Source: Bacteroidia bacterium | GTDB lineage: Bacteria > Bacteroidota > Bacteroidia > J057 > JADKCL01 | Assembly (NCBI GenBank): GCA_046329055.1 | Contig: JAXLVK010000023.1 | Location: 2,219-66,218, forward strand | DNA: 64,000 bases | Direction of reading: 5' to 3' | Shown: one piece after another, positions 55,701 through 63,898 of the stretch | How the letters are laid out: every line of letters begins with the position of its first letter | Position numbering within the stretch: position 1 is the first letter of the stretch | Translations under genes and position numbers: made by a program | Notes under the pieces: model-generated | Database searches by the model: none | What the model saw: the letters and a program-made list of their open reading frames with translations, nothing else | Told to the model about the DNA's origin: nothing

Positions 55701-56671
55701 AGTGCGTGGTGATCGAGACCAGCCCTGGCAAGGTGCTCGGCAGCGGTGCATGGCCTATGGCTGCTCGTTGGGACTACCCAATCGTGAACGCAGGCGACAC
55801 TGCTCGCGACTTCGGTGCCGACCTCGTGACCCAACAAGGCATGAGCTGGTTCCCTGGCTATGCCATTGACGTGAACACTGGCCGCCGCTTGAACATCTTC
55901 TTCGGCGAAAGCTCCTGGGATCGTGACAACAATGGTTATGACATGTTGTGGAACCCGACCTCCAGCTTCGGTGCAACCGGAACCAACGTCGGTGGACGCC
56001 ACTTCGTGTATGTCACCCGTCAGACCTATGATGAGTGCGCGTACCTCTACAACTTCCTGTCCAATGGCACCTTGCCTACCGCAGGAACTGGTTCGCTCCT
56101 CTTCCTCGATCAAAACGACCCCAACACCGACATGCGCGAGGCTTACAAGCTGGTCGCATGGGTGGGTTGCCCGATGCTCTACCCCGGCTACTCCTTCAAG
56201 GATCCCAAGGAAATCCCCACCAACGCGACCATCAAGTTGCGTGTGAACCAGCCCATCCGTTCGCGGGGAGGCACCACGGATTACCCGATCTTTACTTGGA
56301 GCACCGACGACCTCGCTGCTGAAGCTGGCGTGACCGCAGTGGCTCAGAACTCCCTGCTGAACAATGTCCGTGTCGTGCCGAACCCCTACTACGGCTTCAG
56401 CACTTACGAGCGTTCGCAGTTGCAGACCATCGTTCAGATCACCAACCTGCCCCGCAAGTGTACCATCAAGATCTACAACTTGAGCGGTACCCTGATCAGG
56501 ACCTACATGAAGGATTCCGACAACCCCAGCCAAAACTGGGATTTGAAGAACGCCAGCGGTACGCCTGTGGCTTCGGGTCCGTACATCATCCACGTGGACG
56601 GTGGCGATCTGGGTGAAACCATCGTGAAATTCATGGCTATCATGCCGGAACTGGATTTGAATGCGTTCTAA
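52754..56671 (+). CDS. Large secreted protein of unknown function with a C-terminal beta-sandwich resembling a T9SS/FlgD-Ig-like sorting domain
   Basis: Signal peptide MKMEKMITKSVLSLACLMLLGATGLYA. 1305 aa. The C-terminus is VRVVPNPYYGF...CTIKIYNLSGTLIRTY...WDLKNASGTPVASGPYIIHVDGG...KFMAIMPELDLNAF. The start lies 11 nt after the upstream stop. Confidence 0.7.
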   Translation: MKMEKMITKSVLSLACLMLLGATGLYAKENIGQKRANEKGMRTSANCAPASSSVELDINNVRALIHNGGDFWWDLVGNPRYEVPKLPRAQAASARHSSFAGSLWIGGIDESGQLRVAAQTYRQGGNDFWPGPLTAGGATIDDVTCSAWDDHYLITKEEISAARAAYLDAVTNGGTFNVDLYPAVKSWPAFGEDADGNRLSMAPFVDVDGDPLNYTPSAGDYPDISPTAGGGSPDQAIWWVINDKGDVHTETGGEAIGLEIQMLAFAFATTDQVNDMTFYKYKVVNKSTLRLNNTYMGQWVDSDVGNYSDDYVGCDVSRGLGFAYNGDANDETAAGYGANPPSFGLDFFQGPYGDSGDRLDMGTFVYYENDFSLRGNPEVATHFYGYLRGYWKDGSHMVDNGQNGYPGTAAGPETQFMYPGDPGFCGGGGNGGWSEVTAGNQPFDRRFLQSAGPFTLQPGAVNDIVVGAVWARGYYNDQLGSVCELFTADDIAQSLFDNNFKLLDGPDAPELTIDEYDQELLVKWDYSNQDVFNNYHESYLQADPALKAQGLADSLFAFEGYLIYQLVNASVSANDVFDTDKARIVAQCDLKNGVSTIVNRTSQSVSGLTQPIIVDVVMVQGADEGVTHSVRVTEDLFATGADRRLKNYTTYYYGSLAYAYNAEPSGGRRFVQGNRFFKNTAAVPHKIDFEGLGTVVNSDYDTSPEITQIAGVGNGGHFVDLTAASINDILANDSVASLTYQSGKAPITVKVVNPKEVHAGNYRLEVVGKSYVGETFTIRNDSVVLIDSTFADWELYEGGNLIYQSTYIQRTQTGVLGTSVTNRPEPVSGIERLIPEHGISVAVGDVIESGDTLIDGVIGATMTFDDPLQTWLFGVPDQDGFDAWDWILSGDKDTDRGHSGNAYKVNRVFDKEEHFEALINGMWGPFCMARQFVNDDAAGDVRPGVDVRPTNSGFGVSAATVTNLSQLPDVDVVFTSDVSKWSKCVVIETSPGKVLGSGAWPMAARWDYPIVNAGDTARDFGADLVTQQGMSWFPGYAIDVNTGRRLNIFFGESSWDRDNNGYDMLWNPTSSFGATGTNVGGRHFVYVTRQTYDECAYLYNFLSNGTLPTAGTGSLLFLDQNDPNTDMREAYKLVAWVGCPMLYPGYSFKDPKEIPTNATIKLRVNQPIRSRGGTTDYPIFTWSTDDLAAEAGVTAVAQNSLLNNVRVVPNPYYGFSTYERSQLQTIVQITNLPRKCTIKIYNLSGTLIRTYMKDSDNPSQNWDLKNASGTPVASGPYIIHVDGGDLGETIVKFMAIMPELDLNAF

Positions 56672-56690
56672 CATTCAACGGATAAGAGAG

Positions 56691-57752
56691 ATGAAGAAAA
56701 TTCTAATTCTTGGATTGGCACTCTGCGCCGCTGTGGGACAAACCTTCGCTGGCAATGACCAGCGCGCAGGCCAGGCCGGAGCCACCCAGCTCTTGGTGAA
56801 TACTTGGGGCCGCTCCAGTGGCTACAACGGTATCAACATCGGGAGTGCCTCCGGTATCGAGAGCATTATCACCAACCCTGCTGGCTTGGCAATGACACGC
56901 CGGACGGAACTGGTGTTTGCTCACACCCGTTACCTGGTGGGCTCAGACATCTCCGTGAACAGCTTCGGTATCTCCCAAGCCCTCAAGCGGGCCGGTGTGA
57001 TCGGCATGTATGTCACGGCGTTTGACCTGGGCACCTTCATCCGTACGACCGAGGCCAACCCTGAAGGGGAACTGGGCACATTCCGCCCGACCTTCATGAA
57101 CCTCGGCCTCACCTACGGCAAGAAGTTCACCGACCACATCTCTGTGGGCGCGACCATCAAGCTGGTGACCGAAAGCATCAACAACGCGAATGCAAGTGGC
57201 ATCGCCTTCGACGCAGGTGTGCAATACCGCACCAACCTGGGCAAGGACTCCCTGCACAATGACAAGTTGAAGATCGGTATCACCCTGCGCAACGTGGGTT
57301 CCACCATGCGCTACGGCGGCGACGGTCTCTCCTTCCGTGCCAACCGCGACCCCAACTTCACCTCGCTTTCCAGCCGTCCCACGGCCAAGTTCGAGATGCC
57401 GTCTGTACTCGCGATGGGCTTGAGCTACGACATCTGGATGGGTGAAAATCACCGCATCACTCCCTTGGCTGCCTTCATTTCCAACTCCTTTACCCGTGAC
57501 AACGTGGGTATCGGCCTGGAGTATGGCTTCAAGAAGTACTTCGCAATCCGTTACAGCTTCCTGTACGAGCGCGACATCTTCAGCAACATCAACCGCAGGA
57601 CTGCGTGGACAGGCCATGCGCTTGGAGGTTCTTTCGAGATTCCCTTCAAGGTCGGCAAGGATCGTACCTCCAGCTTCGGTCTCGATTACAGCTACCGTTC
57701 GACGAATCCCTTCAACGGCACGCACGTGATGGGCATTCGGATCGATCTCTAG
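56691..57752 (+). CDS. PorV/PorQ-family-like outer-membrane beta-barrel protein
   Basis: Start moved to ATG 56691 (MKKILILGLALCAAVGQTFA). GQAGATQLLVNTWGRSSGYNGINIGSASGIESIITNPAGLA resembles the PorV/PorQ N-terminal pattern (..A.fL.i..gaRa.alGgA.....d.sa...NPAgLa). Alternating beta-strand pattern throughout. Confidence 0.6.
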   Translation: MKKILILGLALCAAVGQTFAGNDQRAGQAGATQLLVNTWGRSSGYNGINIGSASGIESIITNPAGLAMTRRTELVFAHTRYLVGSDISVNSFGISQALKRAGVIGMYVTAFDLGTFIRTTEANPEGELGTFRPTFMNLGLTYGKKFTDHISVGATIKLVTESINNANASGIAFDAGVQYRTNLGKDSLHNDKLKIGITLRNVGSTMRYGGDGLSFRANRDPNFTSLSSRPTAKFEMPSVLAMGLSYDIWMGENHRITPLAAFISNSFTRDNVGIGLEYGFKKYFAIRYSFLYERDIFSNINRRTAWTGHALGGSFEIPFKVGKDRTSSFGLDYSYRSTNPFNGTHVMGIRIDL

Positions 57753-57774
57753 TCTGGAATTTTCTTAAATTTGC

Positions 57775-57805
57775 ACAGTGGGTTGGCTTATGGTCAACCC
57801 ACTGT
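57775..57805 (+). terminator. Hairpin terminator after the outer-membrane operon
   Basis: ACAGTGGGTTG-(9 nt)-CAACCCACTGT is a perfect 11-bp stem followed by CATTAATTTTG. Confidence 0.6.
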
Positions 57806-57808
57806 CAT

Positions 57809-57816
57809 TAATTTTG
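57809..57816 (+). promoter_or_regulatory. Candidate -7 promoter box (TAATTTTG) for greA
   Basis: TAnnTTTG match 27 nt upstream of ATG 57843. Confidence 0.4.
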
Positions 57817-57842
57817 TGGCTTGAATAGAGAATAATACTGCA

Positions 57843-58319
57843 ATGGCGGATAGTCAATTTTTTACAAAAGAGGGAATCGATAGGCTGCGCGCTGAGCTGA
57901 ACGAATTGAAGACGACAGGGCGTAAGAAGATCGCTGCGGCCATTGCCGAGGCGCGTGAAAAGGGCGACTTGAAGGAGAATGCCGAATACGATGCCGCCAA
58001 GCATGCCCAGGGCCTCCATGAGGCAGAAATCGCAAGGCTTGAGGCCATCGTGGCCAATGCACGCATCATCGATGAGTCGCAGCTCGACACTTCCAAGGCG
58101 CTGATTTTGAGCACTGTGCGGCTGAAGAATCTCAAGGATGGCAAGGAGATGAAGTACAAGCTCGTCTCCCCCAAGGAGGCAGACATGCGTGCGGGCCGGA
58201 TTTCGGTCGAATCCCCTGTCGGTAAGGGTCTGCTGGGTCGCTCGGTGGGCGAAGTAGCCATGGTGGAAGTGCCCGCTGGCAAGATCGAATTTGAGATCCT
58301 CGAAATCACCTACGAATAA
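57843..58319 (+). CDS. greA: Transcription elongation factor GreA
   Basis: FFTKEGIDRLRAELNELKTTGRKKIAAAIAEAREKGDLKENAEYDAAK. Confidence 0.95.
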   Translation: MADSQFFTKEGIDRLRAELNELKTTGRKKIAAAIAEAREKGDLKENAEYDAAKHAQGLHEAEIARLEAIVANARIIDESQLDTSKALILSTVRLKNLKDGKEMKYKLVSPKEADMRAGRISVESPVGKGLLGRSVGEVAMVEVPAGKIEFEILEITYE

Positions 58320-58321
58320 GC

Positions 58322-58723
58322 ATGGCAAGCATCTTCACAAGAATTGTGCAAGGTGAGATACCTGCGCACCGCATCGCCGAGACCGAGCAATTCCTCGCCT
58401 TCTTGGACATCACCCCGCTTCATGAGGGCCATACCCTCGTGATCCCCAAGAAAGAGGTGGACTACATCTTCGACTTGGACGAGGAGACCTATATCGGGCT
58501 TCAACTTTTTGCGAAAGTGGTGGCAGAGGCCGTGAAGAAGGCCATCCCCTGCAAGAAGGTCGGCGTGGCGGTGATTGGCTTGGAAGTGCCGCATTGCCAT
58601 ATCCACCTCGTGCCCATCGACGCGATCGGAGACATCAATTTCTCCGGTGAGAAGCTCAAGCCCAGCCAAGAGGAGCTCGCCGCGACAGCTGCGAAGATCC
58701 GGGCACATGTGCCGGGCAACTAG
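58322..58723 (+). CDS. HIT family (Hint-like) nucleotide hydrolase
   Basis: IFTRIVQGEIPAH... plus the histidine triad VPHCHIHLVP. Confidence 0.9.
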   Translation: MASIFTRIVQGEIPAHRIAETEQFLAFLDITPLHEGHTLVIPKKEVDYIFDLDEETYIGLQLFAKVVAEAVKKAIPCKKVGVAVIGLEVPHCHIHLVPIDAIGDINFSGEKLKPSQEELAATAAKIRAHVPGN

Positions 58724-58787
58724 GAGTCAATTCTCAATTCGGAACAATTGACAATTGGGAGTTTCCTGTCCAGGGGCTTCCTGATGG

Positions 58788-59417
58788 CTACTTACCTTTG
58801 GTGCGGCCGGGATTGTTGGCTACGAAGGATTCCCAGCTGCCGTGCTTGACGGTCTTGGTGCCGCCGGATTTGGTGGAGGCGACTTTGGATTGGAGGCTGT
58901 TGCCCTGGAGGATATGGCAAACGGCCACGGCGATCCCGTCGCTCGCGTCCAAGGGGAAATTCTCAATGTCAAATTTGAAGTTCAGCAGGCGCTCCACCAT
59001 GGCCATGACCTGTTCCTTGGAGGCATTGCCATTGCCCGTGATGGCCATCTTGACCTTTTTGGGGGCGTACTCATTGATCGGGACTTCGCGCTGAAGGGCT
59101 GCAGCAATTGCCACGCCCTGTGCACGTCCCAATTTGAGCATTGATTGCACGTTTTTCCCGTGGAAGGGCGCCTCGATCGCCAACTCGTCGGGGAGGAATT
59201 CCTTGATCAGGCTCGTGGTGCGTTCAAATATCCGCTTGAGCTTGAGGGGATGGTCGGATTCCATTTTGCGCAGGTCGATGATGCCGTAATGCATCAGGGA
59301 CATCTTGCTGCCTTGGCTGCGGAGGATGCCGTAGCCCGTCACACTCGTCCCAGGGTCAATGCCCAGAATGATTCTTTCCGTCGACTCTTTTTCCGCCATC
59401 GGTTTAAAATTAGGCAT
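58788..59417 (-). CDS. ruvC: Crossover junction endodeoxyribonuclease RuvC, with a C-terminal extension
   Basis: RIILGIDPGTSVTGYGIL...AIEAPFHGKNVQSMLKLGRAQG. An alternative ATG is at 59399. Confidence 0.9.
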   Translation of the reverse strand: MPNFKPMAEKESTERIILGIDPGTSVTGYGILRSQGSKMSLMHYGIIDLRKMESDHPLKLKRIFERTTSLIKEFLPDELAIEAPFHGKNVQSMLKLGRAQGVAIAAALQREVPINEYAPKKVKMAITGNGNASKEQVMAMVERLLNFKFDIENFPLDASDGIAVAVCHILQGNSLQSKVASTKSGGTKTVKHGSWESFVANNPGRTKGK

Positions 59418-59472
59418 CCTAGACGTAATTTAGGCCGTTCCGCAAGGAGTTTTATTCAAAAAGTCCATCGAT

Positions 59473-60876
59473 ATGATCCTGAAGTTTTGGGGCGCCGCCC
59501 GCACGGTCACTGGGAGCATGCACCTCCTCCAATTGGAAAACGGCAAGAAGATCCTGCTGGAATGCGGTCTCTATCAAGGGTCAGAAGGCTTCGCCGAGGA
59601 CTTCAACAGGCATTTTCCCTGTGATCCGGAGGACATTGACCTGCTCATTCTCTCCCATGCTCATATCGATCACTGTGGCAACATCCCACAGCTCGTGAAG
59701 CAGGGATTCCGAGGCACGATTTACTGCACCCATGCGACCTATGACCTGGTCGTGATCATGCTGCAAGACAGCGCGAATATCCAGGAGCGGGATGCCATTG
59801 ATGAAAACAAGTGGCGGGCGAAGCGCAGCCTTGAGCCGATCGAGCCGCTGTACAAGGTCGCCGATGTCCTTCCGGCCCTCGACCACTTCGTTACCCTGAG
59901 CTATGAAAACTGGCACAAGGTCGATGATGGGGTCGAAGTGCTCTTCCGTGACGCAGGGCACATGTTGGGAAGCGCCAGCGTAAGCCTCCGCATCCAAGAA
60001 GGGGCGCGGACCATCACCCTTGGCTTTACAGGTGATGTGGGCCGTCCCGGCAGTCCGATTCTCCGCGATCCCTTGCCCATGCCACAGAGCGACTACCTCA
60101 TCAGCGAATCCACTTACGGCGGCTTGCGCCATGAACCGATCGAGGAGGCAGAGGAGCAATTGCTCGCCATCATCCACGAAGCCTGTGTCGAGAAAAAGGG
60201 CAAACTCATCATCCCGGCTTTCAGTGTGGGAAGGACGCAGGTGCTCGTGTATTTCATGGACCGCCTCAAATCGCAAGGCCGTCTCCCCAACATCCCGGTG
60301 TACGTCGATAGCCCACTCGCTGTGAATGCCACGCAGGTCTTCGAGATGCACCCCGAGTGCTTCGATGAGGAGCTCAGCCGCTACATTCAGCGAGACTCGA
60401 ATCCATTTGGCTTCAATGGCCTGCACTATATCCGGGAGGCCGAGGACAGCAAGGAGCTGAACACCAAGGAGGGCCCCTTCATTGTGATTTCCGCATCGGG
60501 GATGATGACCGCGGGCCGCATCTTGCATCACCTCGCCAATGGCGTCAGCGACTCTCGAAACACCATCTTGGTCACAGGATTCTGTGCGGAAGGCACCCTC
60601 GGCGCACGCCTGATCGCTGGCGAATCGCCGATCAAGATCTTTGGTGAGGACCACGAGGTGCATGCCAACATCGTCCGGCTCACGAGCTACAGCGGTCACG
60701 CGGACGAATTGGAACTGTCGAATTTCATCCAAAGTGGATTTGACATCACCAAAACGCAACGGATTTTCCTGGTCCATGGCGAGGGCGACCATGCCGACAA
60801 CTTCCGTGGTTACCTGCTCAGCAAGGGCTACAAGGATGTGATGGTCCCCATTCGCGGAGAAACTGTCTTGATTTGA
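59473..60876 (+). CDS. MBL-fold beta-CASP family hydrolase (RNA-metabolising type)
   Basis: GAARTVTGSMHLL...LILSHAHIDHCGNIP is the HxHxDH motif. The beta-CASP and C-terminal motifs follow (..ESTYGG.., ..LTSYSGHAD..). Confidence 0.85.
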   Translation: MILKFWGAARTVTGSMHLLQLENGKKILLECGLYQGSEGFAEDFNRHFPCDPEDIDLLILSHAHIDHCGNIPQLVKQGFRGTIYCTHATYDLVVIMLQDSANIQERDAIDENKWRAKRSLEPIEPLYKVADVLPALDHFVTLSYENWHKVDDGVEVLFRDAGHMLGSASVSLRIQEGARTITLGFTGDVGRPGSPILRDPLPMPQSDYLISESTYGGLRHEPIEEAEEQLLAIIHEACVEKKGKLIIPAFSVGRTQVLVYFMDRLKSQGRLPNIPVYVDSPLAVNATQVFEMHPECFDEELSRYIQRDSNPFGFNGLHYIREAEDSKELNTKEGPFIVISASGMMTAGRILHHLANGVSDSRNTILVTGFCAEGTLGARLIAGESPIKIFGEDHEVHANIVRLTSYSGHADELELSNFIQSGFDITKTQRIFLVHGEGDHADNFRGYLLSKGYKDVMVPIRGETVLI

Positions 60877-61919
60877 GCAAGCCGCGCCGGAAACCATGGT
60901 TGCAAGCCTTCAAGGTGGCGGTGACGCTGCTGGCTGTGGCGTATGTGGTCTGGAAGGTCAGCGAAAAATGGGACACCATCCTCGATTTGTGGGCTCAGCC
61001 TTGGTCGGGTGTTCAGTGTGCCTGCCTGGTGGTTTCTTGCCTGCTGATGGCTGTGAACTATGGCTTGGAGGCGCAGAAATGGCGGCTGATGGTACGCCCC
61101 TTTTACCCGAATTTGAGGCTTGTTCCCGCGACATTCGCAGTATTTGCAGGGATGGCAGCGGGCGTTTTCACGCCGAACCGTATTGGTGAATATGCGGGGC
61201 GAATCCTCTTCCTGAAGGAAGGGCGACGCGTCGAGGCGATCATGGCGACCTTCGTGGACCGCATCTGCCAATTGCTGGTGACGCTGATCGTGGGCTTGCT
61301 GGCGACTGTGGCCTTGCTGCTGCTCGCGGAGCGGAGATTGGCCATGGACATCCTGGGTGATCCACTGGCGCAGGGCGTTTTTGTCTTCTTGAGCGTGGTC
61401 TTGGGGCTGATCAGTGTCGCTGTATTGGTTTTTCCGAAGCGGGCTGCGGCATTGATCCCGGGTCGCTGGAACAAGGCTGCTTGGGTGCGCAAGGCGCGAT
61501 TTGCCCTGCAAAACCTCGAAATGCGTCGTGTGGGGCAGGTGCTGGGCCTGAGCGGGCTGCGCTATTTTACATTTGCCACCCAATACGTTCTGCTCATGTA
61601 CGCCTTCCAATATGGCGGTAGCATGGTCGATGCCTATTGGATGGTGGCATTGATCTTCCTGGGCAAATCGGTGCTGCCGGTGATGGGGGTGCTGGAATTG
61701 GGGGCACGTGAGGCCGTGGCATTGGTGGTGATGACGGCATTCGGAGCGGCGGAGGGAACGGCGATTGGGAGCACGCTCTTGCTGTACCTCGTGAACATCC
61801 TGCTGCCGACCCTGCTGGGGGTGGCAGCCATGCAGCAACTGGGGCACAACCGCGAAATCCAATGGTTGATCTCGGAAAACGCAAGCCTGCCTATGCCTGG
61901 GTTGCCTTGGACTTGGTGA
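60873..61919 (+). CDS. UPF0104 / lysylphosphatidylglycerol-synthase-TM-like (flippase-like) membrane protein
   Basis: 348 aa and polytopic, with a basic N-terminus (SKPRRKPWLQAFKVAVTLL). The TTG start overlaps the upstream stop (TTGA), so the start is uncertain. Confidence 0.65.
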   Translation: MSKPRRKPWLQAFKVAVTLLAVAYVVWKVSEKWDTILDLWAQPWSGVQCACLVVSCLLMAVNYGLEAQKWRLMVRPFYPNLRLVPATFAVFAGMAAGVFTPNRIGEYAGRILFLKEGRRVEAIMATFVDRICQLLVTLIVGLLATVALLLLAERRLAMDILGDPLAQGVFVFLSVVLGLISVAVLVFPKRAAALIPGRWNKAAWVRKARFALQNLEMRRVGQVLGLSGLRYFTFATQYVLLMYAFQYGGSMVDAYWMVALIFLGKSVLPVMGVLELGAREAVALVVMTAFGAAEGTAIGSTLLLYLVNILLPTLLGVAAMQQLGHNREIQWLISENASLPMPGLPWTW

Positions 61920-62701
61920 ACCTGCTATTGTTCAGAGGTTTTGTGATGTCCCCGGTACATGAATGGGTGATCGATCATATCTGGTTGCTGGTGTGGTTGT
62001 TGCCGCTCCTGCACTCCGTGGTGATGGGCAATTTGTTTGGGCCCATGCTGCAACACCACCCACAACCCAACCGATGGGGGCATGCGCTGGGTCTGCGCAA
62101 GGTGGAGCGTTGGTTGCTGGGTTATGCCGAGCTTTTTCTTATGCCTTGTTTGGATTCATGGTGGGGTTTACCTGACCGGCCATGATGACCTTTGACCGGA
62201 ATGGCGATGGCGGCCTCCTCTACTTGGTGGCGGGCTTGTTGGGTCCTGGAGCCATAGCGCTCGGGCGTCCTCTCCCTCATCTTTTACAATGGCAGGAAAC
62301 ACGAGTTGTGATTCGGGGGGAACGGCGGTCGTTTTCAGATTTGGTGGTTGGACTCATTCACAGGGCGCAGGGGAGCATTGTGGATGAGCATCTTGGTCTC
62401 TTCCTATATCATCTTGATGGAATGCGCACTCTTCGTGGGTCCGCGGATGAATCCAGAGCTGAGTCTGGGCATGAGTCTGGTTCTGGCTTTCGTGAAGCTT
62501 TATCCCCTGCCGATTGCTGGTTCACTTCCTGCATTCGCGAAACTGGCTGGAATTTATCACGATGACACTGAGCCTTGTGGACCTTGGTCAACCAACTGAT
62601 TCATGCGCCTGGAATCTTGCATTATGGGCCGGGCTTTCATTCAATGTGATGGTGATGGCTCCGGGATTTCCAATTGGCGGCAGGCTGCGTAACTTGGGGC
62701 G
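61916..62701 (+). other. Unresolved coding region: short overlapping ORFs in three frames between UPF0104 and GT2
   Basis: Candidates are 61916/61946..62185 (hydrophobic; GTGA overlap with the upstream stop), 62182..62565 (ATGA overlap) and 62312/62348..62599 (TM-like MSILVSSYIILMECALFVG...LSLGMSLVLAFVKLYPLPIAG). A G6 run sits at 62315-62320, where frames 1 and 2 could join. Confidence 0.3.
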
Positions 62702-63898
62702 ATGCTGGTCGGCGGATTCATTTTCACGGCTTTGTTGCTGTTTTATGTGGGCTACTTGGTCCGCTGTGCTTGGCATTGGGGGAGGTTGAGGGCGAATGCT
62801 TCTGCGGATGAGCCGCTGCCCAGGGTTTCCGTGATCATCCCGGCCCGGAACGAGGCGGCGAACATCGAGGCCTGCCTGAATGCCGTGTTTGCGCAGGATT
62901 ATCCGGCGGACGCCTTGGAGGTGATCGTGGTGAATGACCATAGCGAGGACGCGACGGCTGGGATCGCAGTGGCGGTGGCGAGGAATCATCTGGGGGCGGA
63001 TGCGGTTTCATTTGCCCATCCAATTGGTGAAAATGTATCTGGCGGAGGGAGTTCCTCGGTTGGAGGGCGATTCCGGCTCCTGAACCTCGATGCGCAGACC
63101 GGACCGGCCTACAAAAAGGCAGCGGTGGCATTCGGCATTCGCCAAAGCCGCGGGGAGATCATCGTGACCACGGATGCGGATTGCACGATGGGGCCAGGTT
63201 GGTTACGGGCGATGGTTGGCGGATTCAGCGAGGAAACGGGACTGGTTTCAGGGCCGGTGGAATTGGCGAGTTGGGATGGCTTCACGCAAATGCAGGCATT
63301 GGAATTCATGGGCTTGATCGCGGTGGGGGCGGCCTCGATTGCGGCTGGCAGCCCCACGATGTGCAACGGTGCAAACTTGGCGTACCGTCGGCGGGCATAC
63401 GATGAGGTCGGAGGATTCAGCGGCATCGATCATATCGCCTCTGGTGATGATGAGTTGCTGATGCACAAGATCGCAGCGCAGGGACACTGGAAGGTGGCCT
63501 TCATGAAGCGCAAGGTGGCCATCGTTCGTACCCCGGCACAGGGAACCTGGGCAGAATTCAAGGCCCAACGCATCCGCTGGGTGAGCAAAAGCGGCCAATA
63601 CAAACGGCGCGGCATCACGGCGATCTTGGTGCTGTCCTACCTGGCGGTGCTGGGCTTTCCGGTGCTGGCTGTGGCCGGAATTTGGGAGCATCGGTTGTGG
63701 TGGCTGATGCTCGGGCATCTGGCATTGAAGATCGTGGCGGAGGCTGCCGTGCTCGTCCCCGCCGCGAGATTTTTTGATAAATTGCGCCTGCTGCCATGGT
63801 TGCCCGTGGAGCAGGTGGCCCATATCGCCTACGTGCTATGGGTGGGCATCGCTGGGCAACGCAAGTCGTATCAGTGGAAAGGCAGGACAGTAAAATGA
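62702..63898 (+). CDS. Membrane-bound GT2 glycosyltransferase with processive-type Q(R/Q)xRW motif
   Basis: N-terminal TM, VSVIIPARNEAANI, VNDHSED, TTDADC (DxD), FKAQRIRWVSK, and C-terminal TM helices. Confidence 0.85.
   Translation: MLVGGFIFTALLLFYVGYLVRCAWHWGRLRANASADEPLPRVSVIIPARNEAANIEACLNAVFAQDYPADALEVIVVNDHSEDATAGIAVAVARNHLGADAVSFAHPIGENVSGGGSSSVGGRFRLLNLDAQTGPAYKKAAVAFGIRQSRGEIIVTTDADCTMGPGWLRAMVGGFSEETGLVSGPVELASWDGFTQMQALEFMGLIAVGAASIAAGSPTMCNGANLAYRRRAYDEVGGFSGIDHIASGDDELLMHKIAAQGHWKVAFMKRKVAIVRTPAQGTWAEFKAQRIRWVSKSGQYKRRGITAILVLSYLAVLGFPVLAVAGIWEHRLWWLMLGHLALKIVAEAAVLVPAARFFDKLRLLPWLPVEQVAHIAYVLWVGIAGQRKSYQWKGRTVK

Noticed and set aside
49662-56674. Three very long minus-strand ORFs (1022, 744 and 512 aa) opposite the outer-membrane operon.
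   Set aside because: They mirror the plus-strand genes exactly. They are V/G/H/D/E-rich without signal peptides or motifs, whereas the plus-strand products have signal peptides, plug/barrel signatures and CTD-like signatures.
60828-61862. 344-aa His/Gln/Arg-rich minus-strand ORF.
   Set aside because: It is antisense to the UPF0104 membrane protein and its composition is implausible for a real protein.
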